A DNA stretch of 64,000 nucleotides from positions 32,001 to 96,000 of the forward strand of contig CAWALK010000020.1 of assembly GCA_963782915.1 (NCBI GenBank), read 5' to 3'. This DNA comes from an uncultured archaeon (GTDB lineage Archaea > Thermoproteota > Bathyarchaeia > Bathyarchaeales > Bathycorpusculaceae). Below, one piece after another: positions 18,961 to 29,488 of the stretch. The notes under the pieces were generated by a model. That model was not told the DNA's origin and did no database searches. It saw only the letters and a list, made by a program, of their open reading frames with translations. Numbering within the stretch: the stretch's first letter is position 1; every line of letters starts with the position of its first letter. The position numbers and the translations under genes are program-made.

Positions 18961-20229
18961 TTAACCCTGCTGCTTAAAGCGCAGGAAAGCTGCGATGCCG
19001 CCAAACGCGTTTCTAAGCATTTGGCCCTCTTCAGTTTCTGTGGAGATAACCTCAACTTCCACATTAGTCATTTGCGCCAACTCTGCTATGTCGTCTACGA
19101 TGTCTTTTTTGTCGGCAATAGTTATTGATGGTGCCTTGCAGCCGCTACATGGTTTCCCAACCAGTCCTTGCTCAAAGGCTTGCATGTCTTTGCCTTTGAC
19201 TGTGTGTTCCTCTTCGGTATTGCATGCGCCGCATTTTACGATAACACGGTATAAGTCAAGTTCTTCGGATAATAGTACTGTGCGTACTGCGCCTGAGAGC
19301 ATTAAGCGTCGGACTTCTGCTTCACCATAAGTTATGAAGCCGGTGTCGTGGCCGACTTCGTAGAGGAATTTTTGCATTATTTCTTTTTCTTCGATGTAGC
19401 GGACTTTCTTCATGATATCAGGCGCTTTATCAACGACTTCTTTCACGCCCTGTTCTTCCACGTAAGCTGTGTCTACTACGTCGATGATTTTGCCCATCAA
19501 TTGATACTGTAGGTAGTTGCCTTTCTGGAAATCATATTTTGTTGGGCCAGGTCCACCGAGGATGATGCCTTTTAGGTTTTCCATGGGCAAAAAAACGTCG
19601 TTAGCGTGGTTTCCGACACGGGTGAAGTATTCGTTTAGTTGCATGTCCCGCAGACGTTCATAACGTCTTGCTGATTGGCCGCCTGCTTTGGTTTTGCCTG
19701 TGACACCGCTATGCATCTGCATAACAATGTTGAGGTGCTTGCCCTGCAAGGTGGCGACGGTTGCGTTGTTGGCGTCTACGAGTAAGATGCCGTAGGATTC
19801 TTTTTCGCGGAGCATCTCTTGGAGGTGCTCGGTGTGGAATCGGCTGTCGCATCGGTAAAGGAAAATCCTGATTGGTTCCGGCGGAACAATAACGTAGGCT
19901 TCCATGCGTTCGGTTCCGGGTCCGCCGCCAGGCTGTGGCAATGCACCGGTGAAGATGACTATGCCTTTTTGGCCTGGGTCCTTGAAGAGTTTGAGTTTCT
20001 GCTGAGCTTTTGTGATAGCGTCTAATACGTTTTTGCGGGTTACGTTGGATTTGATGTTGCTTGCTGTGCCGTACTCATTACGTAATAGGTTAAGGGCATC
20101 GCTGATTTGTTTATCAGGCGGCACATAGATGGTGATTAATTCTGTGTGACTGCCTTCTTTAGTGGCTAAGCTATTGATTGTTTTTCTTAGCCTGAATAGG
20201 TCAAGAGAGCTCTTTTTTTCGGTACTCAA
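18961..20229 (-). CDS. prf1: peptide chain release factor aRF1
   Basis: TASNIKS, YRCDSRF, GGQS, FGGIAAFLRF; probable TTG start at 20229. Confidence 0.95.
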   Translation of the reverse strand: MSTEKKSSLDLFRLRKTINSLATKEGSHTELITIYVPPDKQISDALNLLRNEYGTASNIKSNVTRKNVLDAITKAQQKLKLFKDPGQKGIVIFTGALPQPGGGPGTERMEAYVIVPPEPIRIFLYRCDSRFHTEHLQEMLREKESYGILLVDANNATVATLQGKHLNIVMQMHSGVTGKTKAGGQSARRYERLRDMQLNEYFTRVGNHANDVFLPMENLKGIILGGPGPTKYDFQKGNYLQYQLMGKIIDVVDTAYVEEQGVKEVVDKAPDIMKKVRYIEEKEIMQKFLYEVGHDTGFITYGEAEVRRLMLSGAVRTVLLSEELDLYRVIVKCGACNTEEEHTVKGKDMQAFEQGLVGKPCSGCKAPSITIADKKDIVDDIAELAQMTNVEVEVISTETEEGQMLRNAFGGIAAFLRFKQQG

Positions 20230-20314
20230 ACTGAAGTCACTGTAAATGTTATAATTCAATACTTTACGTTAAGATGAGGAAAATAAAAGTTCCTACTCAA
20301 AGAAACGAGTGAGG

Positions 20315-21331
20315 TTATGCTTTTGGTGCTTTAGCTGCTTTTTCCGGTGCTGCTGCGGGTGCTTCTGGTACACCGATGGCGTCTTTGAGGTACGCTTTGA
20401 ATGGACCCAGTTTGCCGCCGTAGTTGCCTGCCGAAATCTTGAGGATGCCTGGGCAAGTAAGGGCTGCTTGTACACCGACTGCCATGGCTTTCTTTACTGC
20501 GTCGAGTGTTAAGCCGTTGATGACGATTTCCAGTACGCTGTTAGCGCCTTCTGGAACCACTGTGTCCGGCACGATGCTGCGCAAGGTTGGGCAGTAGGTG
20601 TGGTTTGTTGAGGCTTTTAGTTTGTATTTTAGTGAGCCGGCTTTGCTTCCTGAGCGGCATAATCCGCCTGGGAATGGCATGATAACATCCGGTACTTGTG
20701 CACGGATCGCATCTGCTGCTGCTTCTGAAGCTGCTAAGCATTCAGCGTCGGTTTTAGCGAATATCATAAAGTTGCCGCCTGCAACCGCTTCTGTAGCGCC
20801 AAAGCCATCTTCAACGATGAAGTCGCCTTCCATAACGGGGATTCTCCAGCATTTGCGTCCGCCAACCATGGCTTTCTTTTGGAAACCATCGCCGAAGTAG
20901 CGGAGACTGCTGCCGATGAGCAGGACACGTTTGCCTAAGAGGCCGTTGAAAGCGGCTGTTGTTGGGCAAGTCATAGTGCATTGACCGATGCGGCCCATGA
21001 GTGAATGTTTGAGTTCAAAACGGTCTTTGTTATAAATTTGAATTAGAATACCCGGTCTTTTGTCCGGTGTTTCGCTGGCTGGAACAGTGCGTTCAATGGC
21101 TGCTTCAGCTGACGCGGCGATGACGCTTGTTGCGTAGCCGGTTGTGGTGTTTGCAGCGATTTGTGCCCATTTATCGTTATAAGCAGTGATGAGAACTCTG
21201 GCTGCCCAAAGCGGGAACATCTCAGCGAATGTATCCTGAACCTTCACTGTGCCTGAAGGGGTTTTTACAAGGTACATTTTTTCTTTATCGTCGTAACCTT
21301 GGATTTCAAGCTTCTTACTGTTTGATGACAT
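20315..21331 (-). CDS. ftr: formylmethanofuran--tetrahydromethanopterin N-formyltransferase
   Basis: DTFAEMF, ETPDKRPG, RIGQCTMTCPTT, PFPGGLCRSGSK, EIVINGL, SAGNYGGKLGP. Confidence 0.93.
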   Translation of the reverse strand: MSSNSKKLEIQGYDDKEKMYLVKTPSGTVKVQDTFAEMFPLWAARVLITAYNDKWAQIAANTTTGYATSVIAASAEAAIERTVPASETPDKRPGILIQIYNKDRFELKHSLMGRIGQCTMTCPTTAAFNGLLGKRVLLIGSSLRYFGDGFQKKAMVGGRKCWRIPVMEGDFIVEDGFGATEAVAGGNFMIFAKTDAECLAASEAAADAIRAQVPDVIMPFPGGLCRSGSKAGSLKYKLKASTNHTYCPTLRSIVPDTVVPEGANSVLEIVINGLTLDAVKKAMAVGVQAALTCPGILKISAGNYGGKLGPFKAYLKDAIGVPEAPAAAPEKAAKAPKA

Positions 21332-21464
21332 GAACGGGACCTTGCCAGTTCAGTGGGGTTTTGTATAATTTAAGAGTTTTCATGGTTTTTCTGGTTTCAA
21401 CTTGGCCAATTTTATGTTTGCAAACGTGGGCTTTTACCCTTATGGCGCGGTTTTAGCCTAAAAT

Positions 21465-21834
21465 CTATGGTTTGCTAGCTGCTGATGGTTTAAGAATTAA
21501 GGTTGACTTGTCAGTTGTAGCCAACTCGAACTCGCAAGAGTTGTGTATGCATTTTTTTGGGCAAACCTCAGCACAATGATAACAGAACACGCATTTACCC
21601 AAGTTAAGTTGCGGACATTTCTTTTTGCCGCATTGCACCATCTCGATGGCTTTAGCTGGGCATTCTCTGCTGCATAACCCGCAGCCTATACAAGCTGAGA
21701 AGTCAAAGATTGGTTTACCACGGTAATCCTTTTCTAGACAGGGTTTCTGTTTGGGATACATTTCAGTGGCTGGTTTAGAAAATATTGTACGCAGCTGACC
21801 TTTTTAGTGCTTTATCGATTGAGTTTTTCGCCAT
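21465..21834 (-). CDS. 2x[4Fe-4S] protein, NuoI/EchF/MbhN-like; indel near 21795
   Basis: KPATEMYP...RGKP..CIGCGLCSRECP and CVFCYHCAEVCP; ATG at 21834 is in another frame. Confidence 0.8.
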
Positions 21835-21965
21835 TCAAATATCCCATCACTCAAATTAGTGTAAAAGGAAAATTTTTACTTTGCTCAAATAAATAGGAGT
21901 TTTTCAAGAAAACTTGGGCTTTTCTGCAGCTATCAATAAAGATTGAGGTTTTGTTGCTCTGCCGA

Positions 21966-22090
21966 GGTACCCCCTCCCCTATATATAGACTAGGCACTTG
22001 CACACTCAAACTAGTTTACCGCCTGCATCCATTGAGTCAAAGCAGAGAAAGATAGCTGAATGCAGGGCAGAATCGGTTTTGTGTATGCAC
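21966..22090 (-). repeat. dispersed intergenic repeat, copy B
   Basis: Reverse complement: tgcatacacaaaa..gccctgc..atgcaggc..tgcaagtgcctagtctatatataggggagggggtacc. Confidence 0.6.
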
Positions 22091-22269
22091 TTGCAGCAGT
22101 ATAGTTAGCATTAGTGCAACAGAACTAAACCCCTTAGACACTATCTCCCGACAATTTATAAAACAGCCGAGATAAATGCCGCCGTTGTTGCTACATCACG
22201 TAGCCACGCATCGATATAACCCATAAACCCAACCGTATTTGGTAGCGAATTTCTTGGGAGGTGTATTTG

Positions 22270-22380
22270 TTGAGCAAAGATGAAGAAAAAGGCAAAGAAA
22301 AACAGGCAGAAGGCAAAATGAAAGAGACCGAAGGAAAAATGCAGGAAGAATGGGGCAAACTCAAAAAGAAAGCTGATTAA
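22270..22380 (+). CDS. 36-aa CsbD-like stress peptide (not in ORF track)
   Basis: GGAGGTG Shine-Dalgarno then TTG: MSKDEEKGKEKQAEGKMKETEGKMQEEWGKLKKKAD*. Confidence 0.7.
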   Translation: MSKDEEKGKEKQAEGKMKETEGKMQEEWGKLKKKAD

Positions 22381-22392
22381 GCAATAATCAGC

Positions 22393-22635
22393 CTATTCCC
22401 TTACTGTTTTAACGGTTTTTTCTGCCGTTGAGGCACTAAAAAGCAAATCATCGATGGTAGCGGTAAAAGTAGCCAGTTTCCCGTCGCATTCAATCACCGT
22501 GATTACTCTGTTATTTTCCCTGACTGTTTTTACCTCTAAACCCACGGGTGTTTTAAAGTTGTCAGGCGAAACAGCCTGTGCAATCGCCTCAGCCGTCTTT
22601 TCATCTTTGTACTCAAGCTGGATTTTTGCTTGCAA
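22393..22635 (-). CDS. pcc1: KEOPS complex subunit Pcc1
   Basis: AIAQAVSPDN...TFTATIDDLL; follows DHH gene in the S15/KEOPS cluster. Confidence 0.8.
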   Translation of the reverse strand: MQAKIQLEYKDEKTAEAIAQAVSPDNFKTPVGLEVKTVRENNRVITVIECDGKLATFTATIDDLLFSASTAEKTVKTVRE

Positions 22636-24080
22636 GCTTCTCGCCCTTTAATTGCCTACCGACCAATTCATCGGCCATTTTTATGAAGGATTCAACTTTA
22701 TCCAGCGGTACTTGTGAGCCAGCTGCAATGTTGTGTCCGCCGCCTTGGCCGCCGTTTGCTTCAGAAGCCACGCGCATCACGTCGCCAAGGTTCACGCCCT
22801 TCATTAACGCCGCCTCGGTGGTTCTGCCCGAAAATTTGGCTGCTTTCTCAGCTTCAATGTTGGCAAACGCTATGAGGGGTTTTAGGTTGTTGGCGAGGCT
22901 TGAGACGATGATTGAGGAGACTGTGCCGATGATTTTTTCGTTGATAAAGTTCTCGCCGTAGATGACGTAGATGTTTTGGAGTTCTCGCATGCGTTCTGGT
23001 TTTTCGCTTACCCATCCGAGGTATTTGTTGATGTTTTTGCGGTAATCTTCCAAGGATTTTGTTGGATTCTTCGAGGGCTGCTTTGCGGTCTCCCATGCAG
23101 ATGGCGATGCCTAAGCTGGGGCGGTCCATGCGGCCAGTTGAGTTGAGCAGTACCGAGAATTCTCTGCCGTCGCGGAGGGCGGTGTTGGGTTCTTCTTTGG
23201 TTAATATGTAGATGTTGCCGATGAGGTTTTCAACTTCCAAATGCAACCCCTTTGATAACAGGTAATCGGCTAGGGCTGAGCATAGTTTTTTGCGTTCCTC
23301 ATCATTCAAGTCGCAGAGCGAACGCAGTTTGTCGCCCTGTTTTAATGGAATTCCTAAGTTGGTAACGAAGTTGAGGGCTTCGGTTTCTTGACCGCTTAAA
23401 CCTGGAATAAAAGGGTTGGTGGTTGTTGCCAGCATCCTGTGTATGGGGCGGGTTTCCCTGCCAAAGAACGTTAAATCCTTTACAACTTTGAGCAGTCCTG
23501 CTTCGACGGCGTCGTTAACTATTAACTCGTTTAACCCTTTCAAACTGCGCTGTTCATATTTGTCTTGCATGTCGCCTAAAGCGCCGACTAATGCGATTGG
23601 GGCGCAGTCAACGTTTGCTGGGTTTACGGCTTTGGCTGCGAAGTATGCTACGCCTGAGCCGCTGACTTCTGTTGCTCCGTCGATGCCGTAGACATGTGGG
23701 TTGAGCATGGTAAAGTTTGGGTTTTTTGATGTGCCGTTGACTTGGTGATGATCGAGAATGACTATTTTGTTATTGGGGATTTTTTCGTTGAGTAAATCTA
23801 TGTAACCGCTGCCAAAGTCAGTCATGATAACTAATTGGGGTTTGTCGGCGGTGACTTCTGCGATGATTTTTTCGTCTACCCACTGCATGACACGTATGCG
23901 GTATCTTGCGTCGAGGCGGGTGAGCATTTTGGCGATGACGCCTGCTGCGGCTACTCCGTCGGCGTCGAGGTGTGAGAAGCAACTGATGAAGCCGTCTTTT
24001 TCTGCGGTTTCTTTGATTACTTTTGCTGCTTCGTCTGCTTGAGCTAAGAATTTTGTTACGTTTTCTGGTTGCTGCGCCAT
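22613..24080 (-). CDS. DHH/DHHA1 phosphoesterase (RecJ/GAN-like); frameshift near 23052
   Basis: SHLDADG, TDFG, LDHH, GALGDMQ, GGGHNIAAG. Confidence 0.88.
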
Positions 24081-24230
24081 GCTAGGTCACTTCTTGCAGA
24101 GAGTGTGGTTGAAGGGATTTAAAGCTGGTGCATCAACAATTCGCTCAAAGAACAATAAGGGTCAAGACTGCTCTTAAAAGAATAAACTAAAAAATTATAA
24201 TTTAATTAATAAATTAAAGGAAAAGGACGT

Positions 24231-24671
24231 TTAGGTTACGGAAGCGATTTTCGCTGCGTACTTAAAGTCTTTTGATATAACGCCTTCACGCTTATAGTAG
24301 CGGCTGAGCTTGTGGATTTGTGCTTCGATGATTTGCATGTTGCGTTTGTTGTGGAGGTCTTTCTTGTTTTTGTCCATGTGAACTGCTAGTGATTGTGCTT
24401 TCTTCATCATGTTAGCGAGGTCTTCTGGCAGGGTTGGCATCAGGTTCGCGGCTTTTATTGTGTCGCTTATGGATTTGCCTGTGATTGGCTTTACTAGTGG
24501 AATAGCGTATTGGTCACGCAGAATGGTGCCTATGGCGCTCATGTTGTGGCCTTCTTTGGCTAATTTTATGATGAAGGCTTCTACTTCTTCAGGCTGGTAT
24601 TTGCACCAGCTTGGTGGGCGTCTGCTGACTGGGCGAATTGAATGTGATTTACCTTTTTCTTGCTTTGGCAT
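24231..24671 (-). CDS. rps15: 30S ribosomal protein uS15
   Basis: GKSHSIRP, IGTILRDQY, PEDL, NKKDLHNKR, LSRYYK. Confidence 0.95.
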   Translation of the reverse strand: MPKQEKGKSHSIRPVSRRPPSWCKYQPEEVEAFIIKLAKEGHNMSAIGTILRDQYAIPLVKPITGKSISDTIKAANLMPTLPEDLANMMKKAQSLAVHMDKNKKDLHNKRNMQIIEAQIHKLSRYYKREGVISKDFKYAAKIASVT

Positions 24672-24763
24672 CCGTTACACCTTGTGATTGTGCACCTAAA
24701 CCACACCGCACCAATATTTAAAAGTAGCTAGTGCAGGGCACCAAAAAATTGAGACCCATCTGC

Positions 24764-25267
24764 CTATGCGTATCGTTTGTTGCGTGTTGCTAAGTAAACG
24801 AAGAACTGCGCAATCAACGAGGCACCAGCAAGTATGATAAGTGCTGGCCAAAACGTAAACCAACCAGTAAGCGTACCCGCCATTAGGTATACGTTTGCTA
24901 CTACTGCGCCGCCTAACCAGAACACTGTGTTGCCGACTGTTTCAGCGATTTTTCTAGTAGGCGAATGAACCCATAACCGCGCTGCCAATATGACAATCTG
25001 CAAGATGCCTATGGCTAACATGAAGTTGAAGACTGCTTGGTAAACTTGAGAGTGTGCTGCTGGGTGGGCGGGTGCAGGTAAAACAATCGCACCATTAATT
25101 GCAGGATAAGTTACTCCTGTAAAGTCGCTGAAGAAATCGCCAAGTGCACCAGTTATACCTGGCGTTAACCCGAAAACTACGCCGACGATGATGAAGAAGC
25201 CGCCGAATGCTAGTGCAGTGATTAAGCCTTCATGTAGCGCTCTTTCACGGTGAGAAGATTGAGTCAT
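24764..25267 (-). CDS. hypothetical membrane protein
   Basis: 4 hydrophobic segments; PAPAHPAAH loop. Confidence 0.65.
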   Translation of the reverse strand: MTQSSHRERALHEGLITALAFGGFFIIVGVVFGLTPGITGALGDFFSDFTGVTYPAINGAIVLPAPAHPAAHSQVYQAVFNFMLAIGILQIVILAARLWVHSPTRKIAETVGNTVFWLGGAVVANVYLMAGTLTGWFTFWPALIILAGASLIAQFFVYLATRNKRYA

Positions 25268-25313
25268 GCCCTTACCCTACTATTGCTATTGAGGGCTATG
25301 TAATATAACATTT

Positions 25314-25940
25314 TCAGTGCTGTTTAACGTACCATTCTGCGAATTTGCGTATGGCGTCTGCTCGGTGTGAGTAACCGTTTTTTTCTGTGATGGTCATTTC
25401 TGCGAATGTTGTGCTGCTGCCTGCTGGTTGGAAGATGGGGTCGAAGCCGAAGCCTGATTTGCCCTGTGCCCTGCGTTCGGTTGCGGTGATTTCTCCTTTG
25501 GATTCACCCTGAAAACTTACGGGTGTACAGGGGGTTTGGTCGTCGCAGTATGAGATAACGGAACGGAAAATAGCGCTACGATCTGCAACACCTTCCATGA
25601 GTTTTAGGATGCCGCTGTTATGGATGGTTTTATAGACGTAGGCGGCGTATGGACCAGGAAAACCGCTTAGTGAATCGATGAATAAACCTGCGTCTTCCAC
25701 AAAAATGGGCAACCCGCTCTTTTTGTAGGCGTATTGGACGCTTTTTTCGGCAATCTCTTGGAGGCTGTCACTTTGGATTTCGTCGCCTTTGAGCTTTAGC
25801 ATGCCCACTGCTACGCCGTAGCTGCCAAGGATGCGTCTGGCTTCATTAAACTTGTTAACGTTACCCGTAGCGAAAAAGACTACTTTGCCCTTAAACGGAA
25901 AGTCACTGTTACTGCTTGCGTTCTTCAATATAGCGCCCAC
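25314..25940 (-). CDS. rdgB: non-canonical purine NTP pyrophosphatase (RdgB/HAM1)
   Basis: ATGNVNK, EDAGL, GFPGPY, GFGFDPIF, SHR. Confidence 0.92.
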   Translation of the reverse strand: MGAILKNASSNSDFPFKGKVVFFATGNVNKFNEARRILGSYGVAVGMLKLKGDEIQSDSLQEIAEKSVQYAYKKSGLPIFVEDAGLFIDSLSGFPGPYAAYVYKTIHNSGILKLMEGVADRSAIFRSVISYCDDQTPCTPVSFQGESKGEITATERRAQGKSGFGFDPIFQPAGSSTTFAEMTITEKNGYSHRADAIRKFAEWYVKQH

Positions 25941-26577
25941 GCCTCTCTATCTCACGGGTTTTCTCATAAACCTTTTCCGCCAACTCGACACCCAGAACCG
26001 AGGTATAGCCGCAAAGCACGGCTTGGAAGCATTCTTCCCAGAACATGTAATGCGTGCTCTGGAGTGCCCGTTTGAGAAGGTGCAAATCTACGCCTTTGGC
26101 TTCTAATTCGATGTTTTTTTCGCCGAGTCCGAAGTCTACGAAGAAGATTCTGCCGTCGGGGGCTTGTATCATGTTGGAAGTGGTTAAGTCGCCATGGATT
26201 AAGCCTGCTTTGTGGAGATGCGCGACGGATTCGCCGATTGCAACACAGATGGCATGGCGGTCGATTTTTGCGGCTTGGTTGAGCAGCCCTTTCATCTGTT
26301 GCCCTTCGATGTATTGCATGATGATGGTGGATTCGGGCACGTTTACCATGTAAATCAGCGGTGTGGCTACCCCTGCGGCTTTGGCTTCATGCATCAACTG
26401 GGGCTCGTGAACGGTGCGGTAACTGCGGATTTGCTTGTCCAGCGCTTCGGGTCGGTACCGTTTGGGGATGCGGACTTTGATGATGGCTTTTCGGTTATGC
26501 CACTCTGTGAGGAATAGGCTGGCTTCGGCGCCCTTCTTGATTAGCCGTGTTTGGGGGGTTTTGTCTATTGTATCCAT
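25909..26577 (-). CDS. bud32: KEOPS kinase Bud32
   Basis: KGAEA, IHGDLTTSN, DFGLG, ERRGRY. Confidence 0.92.
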   Translation of the reverse strand: MDTIDKTPQTRLIKKGAEASLFLTEWHNRKAIIKVRIPKRYRPEALDKQIRSYRTVHEPQLMHEAKAAGVATPLIYMVNVPESTIIMQYIEGQQMKGLLNQAAKIDRHAICVAIGESVAHLHKAGLIHGDLTTSNMIQAPDGRIFFVDFGLGEKNIELEAKGVDLHLLKRALQSTHYMFWEECFQAVLCGYTSVLGVELAEKVYEKTREIERRGRYIEERKQ

Positions 26578-27605
26578 GGTACATCCACCTTGTCTACTCG
26601 CCAGCGTAGTTTGACGTAGCTTTCCTCGATTGGCGTCAATGAGCCCATGCCTGATAGGCGAGGGTTCCTGTCCACGCAATCATGGCGCCATTATCGGTTG
26701 CGTATTGGAGCGGGACTACGTTGAATTTGGCGTCATGCTCAGCGGCGATTACTGCGAGCATGGCTTGGAGCCGTTTATTCGCAGCTACTCCGCCTGTAAG
26801 CAGAACTTCTTTCTTTTCAGTATGCGCCAATGCGCGTTCAGTGACTTCGGTTACCATAGAAAAAGCATGCTCCTGCAAACTATAACAGACATCTTCCAAT
26901 CGGTCGCCCTTCTGGAGTTGAGTTGACGCCGCAGTTACCAAGCCACTAAGCGACAAATCCATACCCTTCACAACATAAGGCAACGAAACCAGCTTCTCAC
27001 CCTTCAAGCGCCAGTTGTTCGATGGCTGCTCCAATCGGCAACCCCTTCTTAGTCTTCAACCCTGCTTCCCTGCCAAAAACATCTAAGCAGTTGCCCAATG
27101 CGATGTCGAGTGTTTCGCCGAAAACGCGGTATCTGCCTGACTCGTAGGCGGTGACCATGGTGTTGCCTCCTGATGCGTAGAGGGTGACGGGGTCTTTGGC
27201 GCCTGTTTGGAGTTTGCCGATTTCTATGTGGGCGACGGAGTGGTTGACGCCGACAAGCGGAATTGTGAGGTATGAGGCTAAGGCTCGGGCGACGGTTGCT
27301 CCTGTGCGCAGTGAGGGTCCGAGTCCTGGTCCTTGTGAGAAGGCAATGCAGGTTAACTCTTTGGCTTTGATCCCTGCTTTGGTTAGGGCTTCTTGGAGGA
27401 CTACATCGGCTACTTCGGCATGGTGCCTCGCTGCTTCCCTTGGATGAATCCCGCCCTCCGTTGGGATGTAGCTGTCCGATTTATTTGCCAAGATTTCTCC
27501 GCTAAACGCTGCTATGCCCACGCCGAAATCGTCAGCTGAAGATTCAATGCCCAAGCAGTACTTGCCCACTAAATGTTGATCTGTGTTAATCATTCCGTTC
27601 CACAT
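26565..27605 (-). CDS. kae1: tRNA threonylcarbamoyltransferase Kae1/TsaD; two indels (~27000, ~26640)
   Basis: GIESSA, GGIHP, VNHSVAH, GETLDIALGN, GGVAAN, DNGAMIA, C-terminal WRVDKVDVPWIQ. Confidence 0.92.
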
Positions 27606-27674
27606 TTTTTCAGGGATACATATTTTTATGTGAATCCAACGCTTATATTACTGTATTATTCGGAAGATGCTAAA

Positions 27675-28130
27675 ATGCCAAAGCGTAACGATCTTGAACA
27701 GAAAGCACTGCATTATGTGGTAAACACGGGGTACCAAGGCGTGCTTCAGTCAGACTTATGGCGGGAACTCGGAGCAAGCAGCAGAGAGGGCTCCCGCGTT
27801 TCAATAAAGTTAGAAGAGAAAGGGCTTATCAGAAGAGAGAAAGAACTGCAAGACGGCAGATGGACATATCGGCTTTACCCTAAACGGTTGCCTGCGTCGA
27901 TTGAAACCATCATCGATTGCCCATGCTTGTTGTGTCCAGATAATGCACGATGTGACCCAACAACCGCTATCTCACCAAAAAGTTGCCCCCGATTAACCGA
28001 TTGGATACTTAACTTAGGAAAAGAAGCTCCCGCACCAGCAGCTCCTGAAGGTCCAAGCGCAGACGTAGATGCACCCGAAGAACCAGATACACCAGAGGAT
28101 GATAGCGACGCCGAAAGCTTGGATACGTGA
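27675..28130 (+). CDS. TFE-beta / RPC34-like protein (winged helix + Cys-rich Fe-S domain)
   Basis: GVLQSDLWRELG.SSREGSR..KLEEKGLIRREK..GRWTY, then CPCLLC..C..SPKSC..LTDW; acidic tail. Confidence 0.8.
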   Translation: MPKRNDLEQKALHYVVNTGYQGVLQSDLWRELGASSREGSRVSIKLEEKGLIRREKELQDGRWTYRLYPKRLPASIETIIDCPCLLCPDNARCDPTTAISPKSCPRLTDWILNLGKEAPAPAAPEGPSADVDAPEEPDTPEDDSDAESLDT

Positions 28131-28741
28131 AAGAAAAAACGAGTATTATTATAAGAAATCAAAAGAAGAAAACTATCGAAGCCGAAGCACCTACAAACTG
28201 ATTCAGGCTAACGAGAAGTATGGCTTCATTAAACTACGCGATGTAGTTGTCGATTTAGGTGCCGCTCCAGGCGGTTGGATTCAAGCAGCCAGAAAAATGA
28301 CTGGCAAACACGGCTTCGTCTTAGGCGTAGACCTAAAACCCATCGAACCCTTCACACAGGAATACATTCGCACAATCATCGCCGACTTAACCGAACCAGA
28401 CATCGCAGAACAAATCCTTTCATTCCTACCACGCAGACCAGACGTAGTCATCTCCGATGCTGCACCAAACGTTACAGGCGTCTGGGAAGTAGACCACGAA
28501 AACCAAATCGACTTAGCCATCTAAATCCATGGAAATCGCAAAGTGCCTCCTAAAACCAGGCGGCAACTTCTTCGTCAAAGTCTTCCAAGGCGGGCAACTA
28601 GACGAATTCATGCTAAACGTCAAACACAATTTCGACAGCGTCAGGATTGTTAAGCCACCTGCAAGCAGAACAAAAAGCAGCGAAGAATACCTTTTGGCTT
28701 TAGGCTTAAAAACCAGCTGTGAAGCGTCAACAGAAACCTAA
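28099..28741 (+). CDS. rlmE: 23S rRNA Um2552 methyltransferase RlmE/FtsJ; frameshift near 28520
   Basis: YRSRSTYKL, DLGAAPGGW, SDAAPN, VKVFQG, KPPASR..SSEEY. Confidence 0.9.
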
Positions 28742-28779
28742 TTCTGCCACGCCCACCTCCTTCTTTATAGGTGTAGACT

Positions 28780-29470
28780 GTGAGGGTTATCTCCGCTGAT
28801 TCAGGCGCAGCCATCTTAGATGAGCAGTTTAAGCCGTTGTTTCTTGTTGCTTCTGTTTCAGTGCTCGTTGAGCCACCTTACCGTGAACCTTCAACGCGGA
28901 TTGCTGAACCGATTTTTAGGGAGGTTGATTCCATCTTTCGATGTTATTGTGCATGAAGCGCAGCTCTGCCAAAACCTGCTGAGTAAAGTGGCGGCGGATG
29001 TGGTGCATCTTGACATGACCTTGGGCGGCATAAGCGTTGAAGAATTATCGCCTGTAGAACTGCTCAACATGCGCGCTTCTAAGGCTGGGCGGCAGAATAT
29101 CCTTAAAATTTTGCCCAGACTACGAAAAATCGCTGCAGAAATCAAGCGGGTACACGGCATCGATATGCTTGCTATCGGCAAAGAAAGCGTGCCTGTGCGG
29201 ATTGCCGAGTTAACGGCTGGTGCAGAAGCCATACTATACGCTTGCCAAAGAGCCGATGATACACAGGAAGATGTGCTTTTAGGGTTGCCTCTTAACTGCC
29301 AGCCCCACTTACTCGATGACCGTGTGTATTTGCAATCATTGATTTCAGGTGAGCATGACCTGAGAAGTTACGCGGTCGATACAGAAAAGATACTGGCAAA
29401 GGTTAAATTGGCAGAAACCTTAAATCCAGTAGCAAGAGGTTTCCGCGCATTAAAAATAGCGCCAAAATAA
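28780..29470 (+). CDS. DUF4152-like (RNase H-fold) protein; frameshift near 28930
   Basis: GTG start gives MRVISADSGAAILDEQFKP..VLVEPPY, joining HEAQLC..VVHLDMTLGG..AIGKESVPVRIAEL. Confidence 0.7.
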
Positions 29471-29488
29471 CAAGAGGAAATAATACAC

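Noticed and set aside
22393-27605. kae1-bud32-rdgB-rps15-DHH-pcc1 cluster as a new system
   Set aside because: Well-known conserved archaeal neighbourhood.
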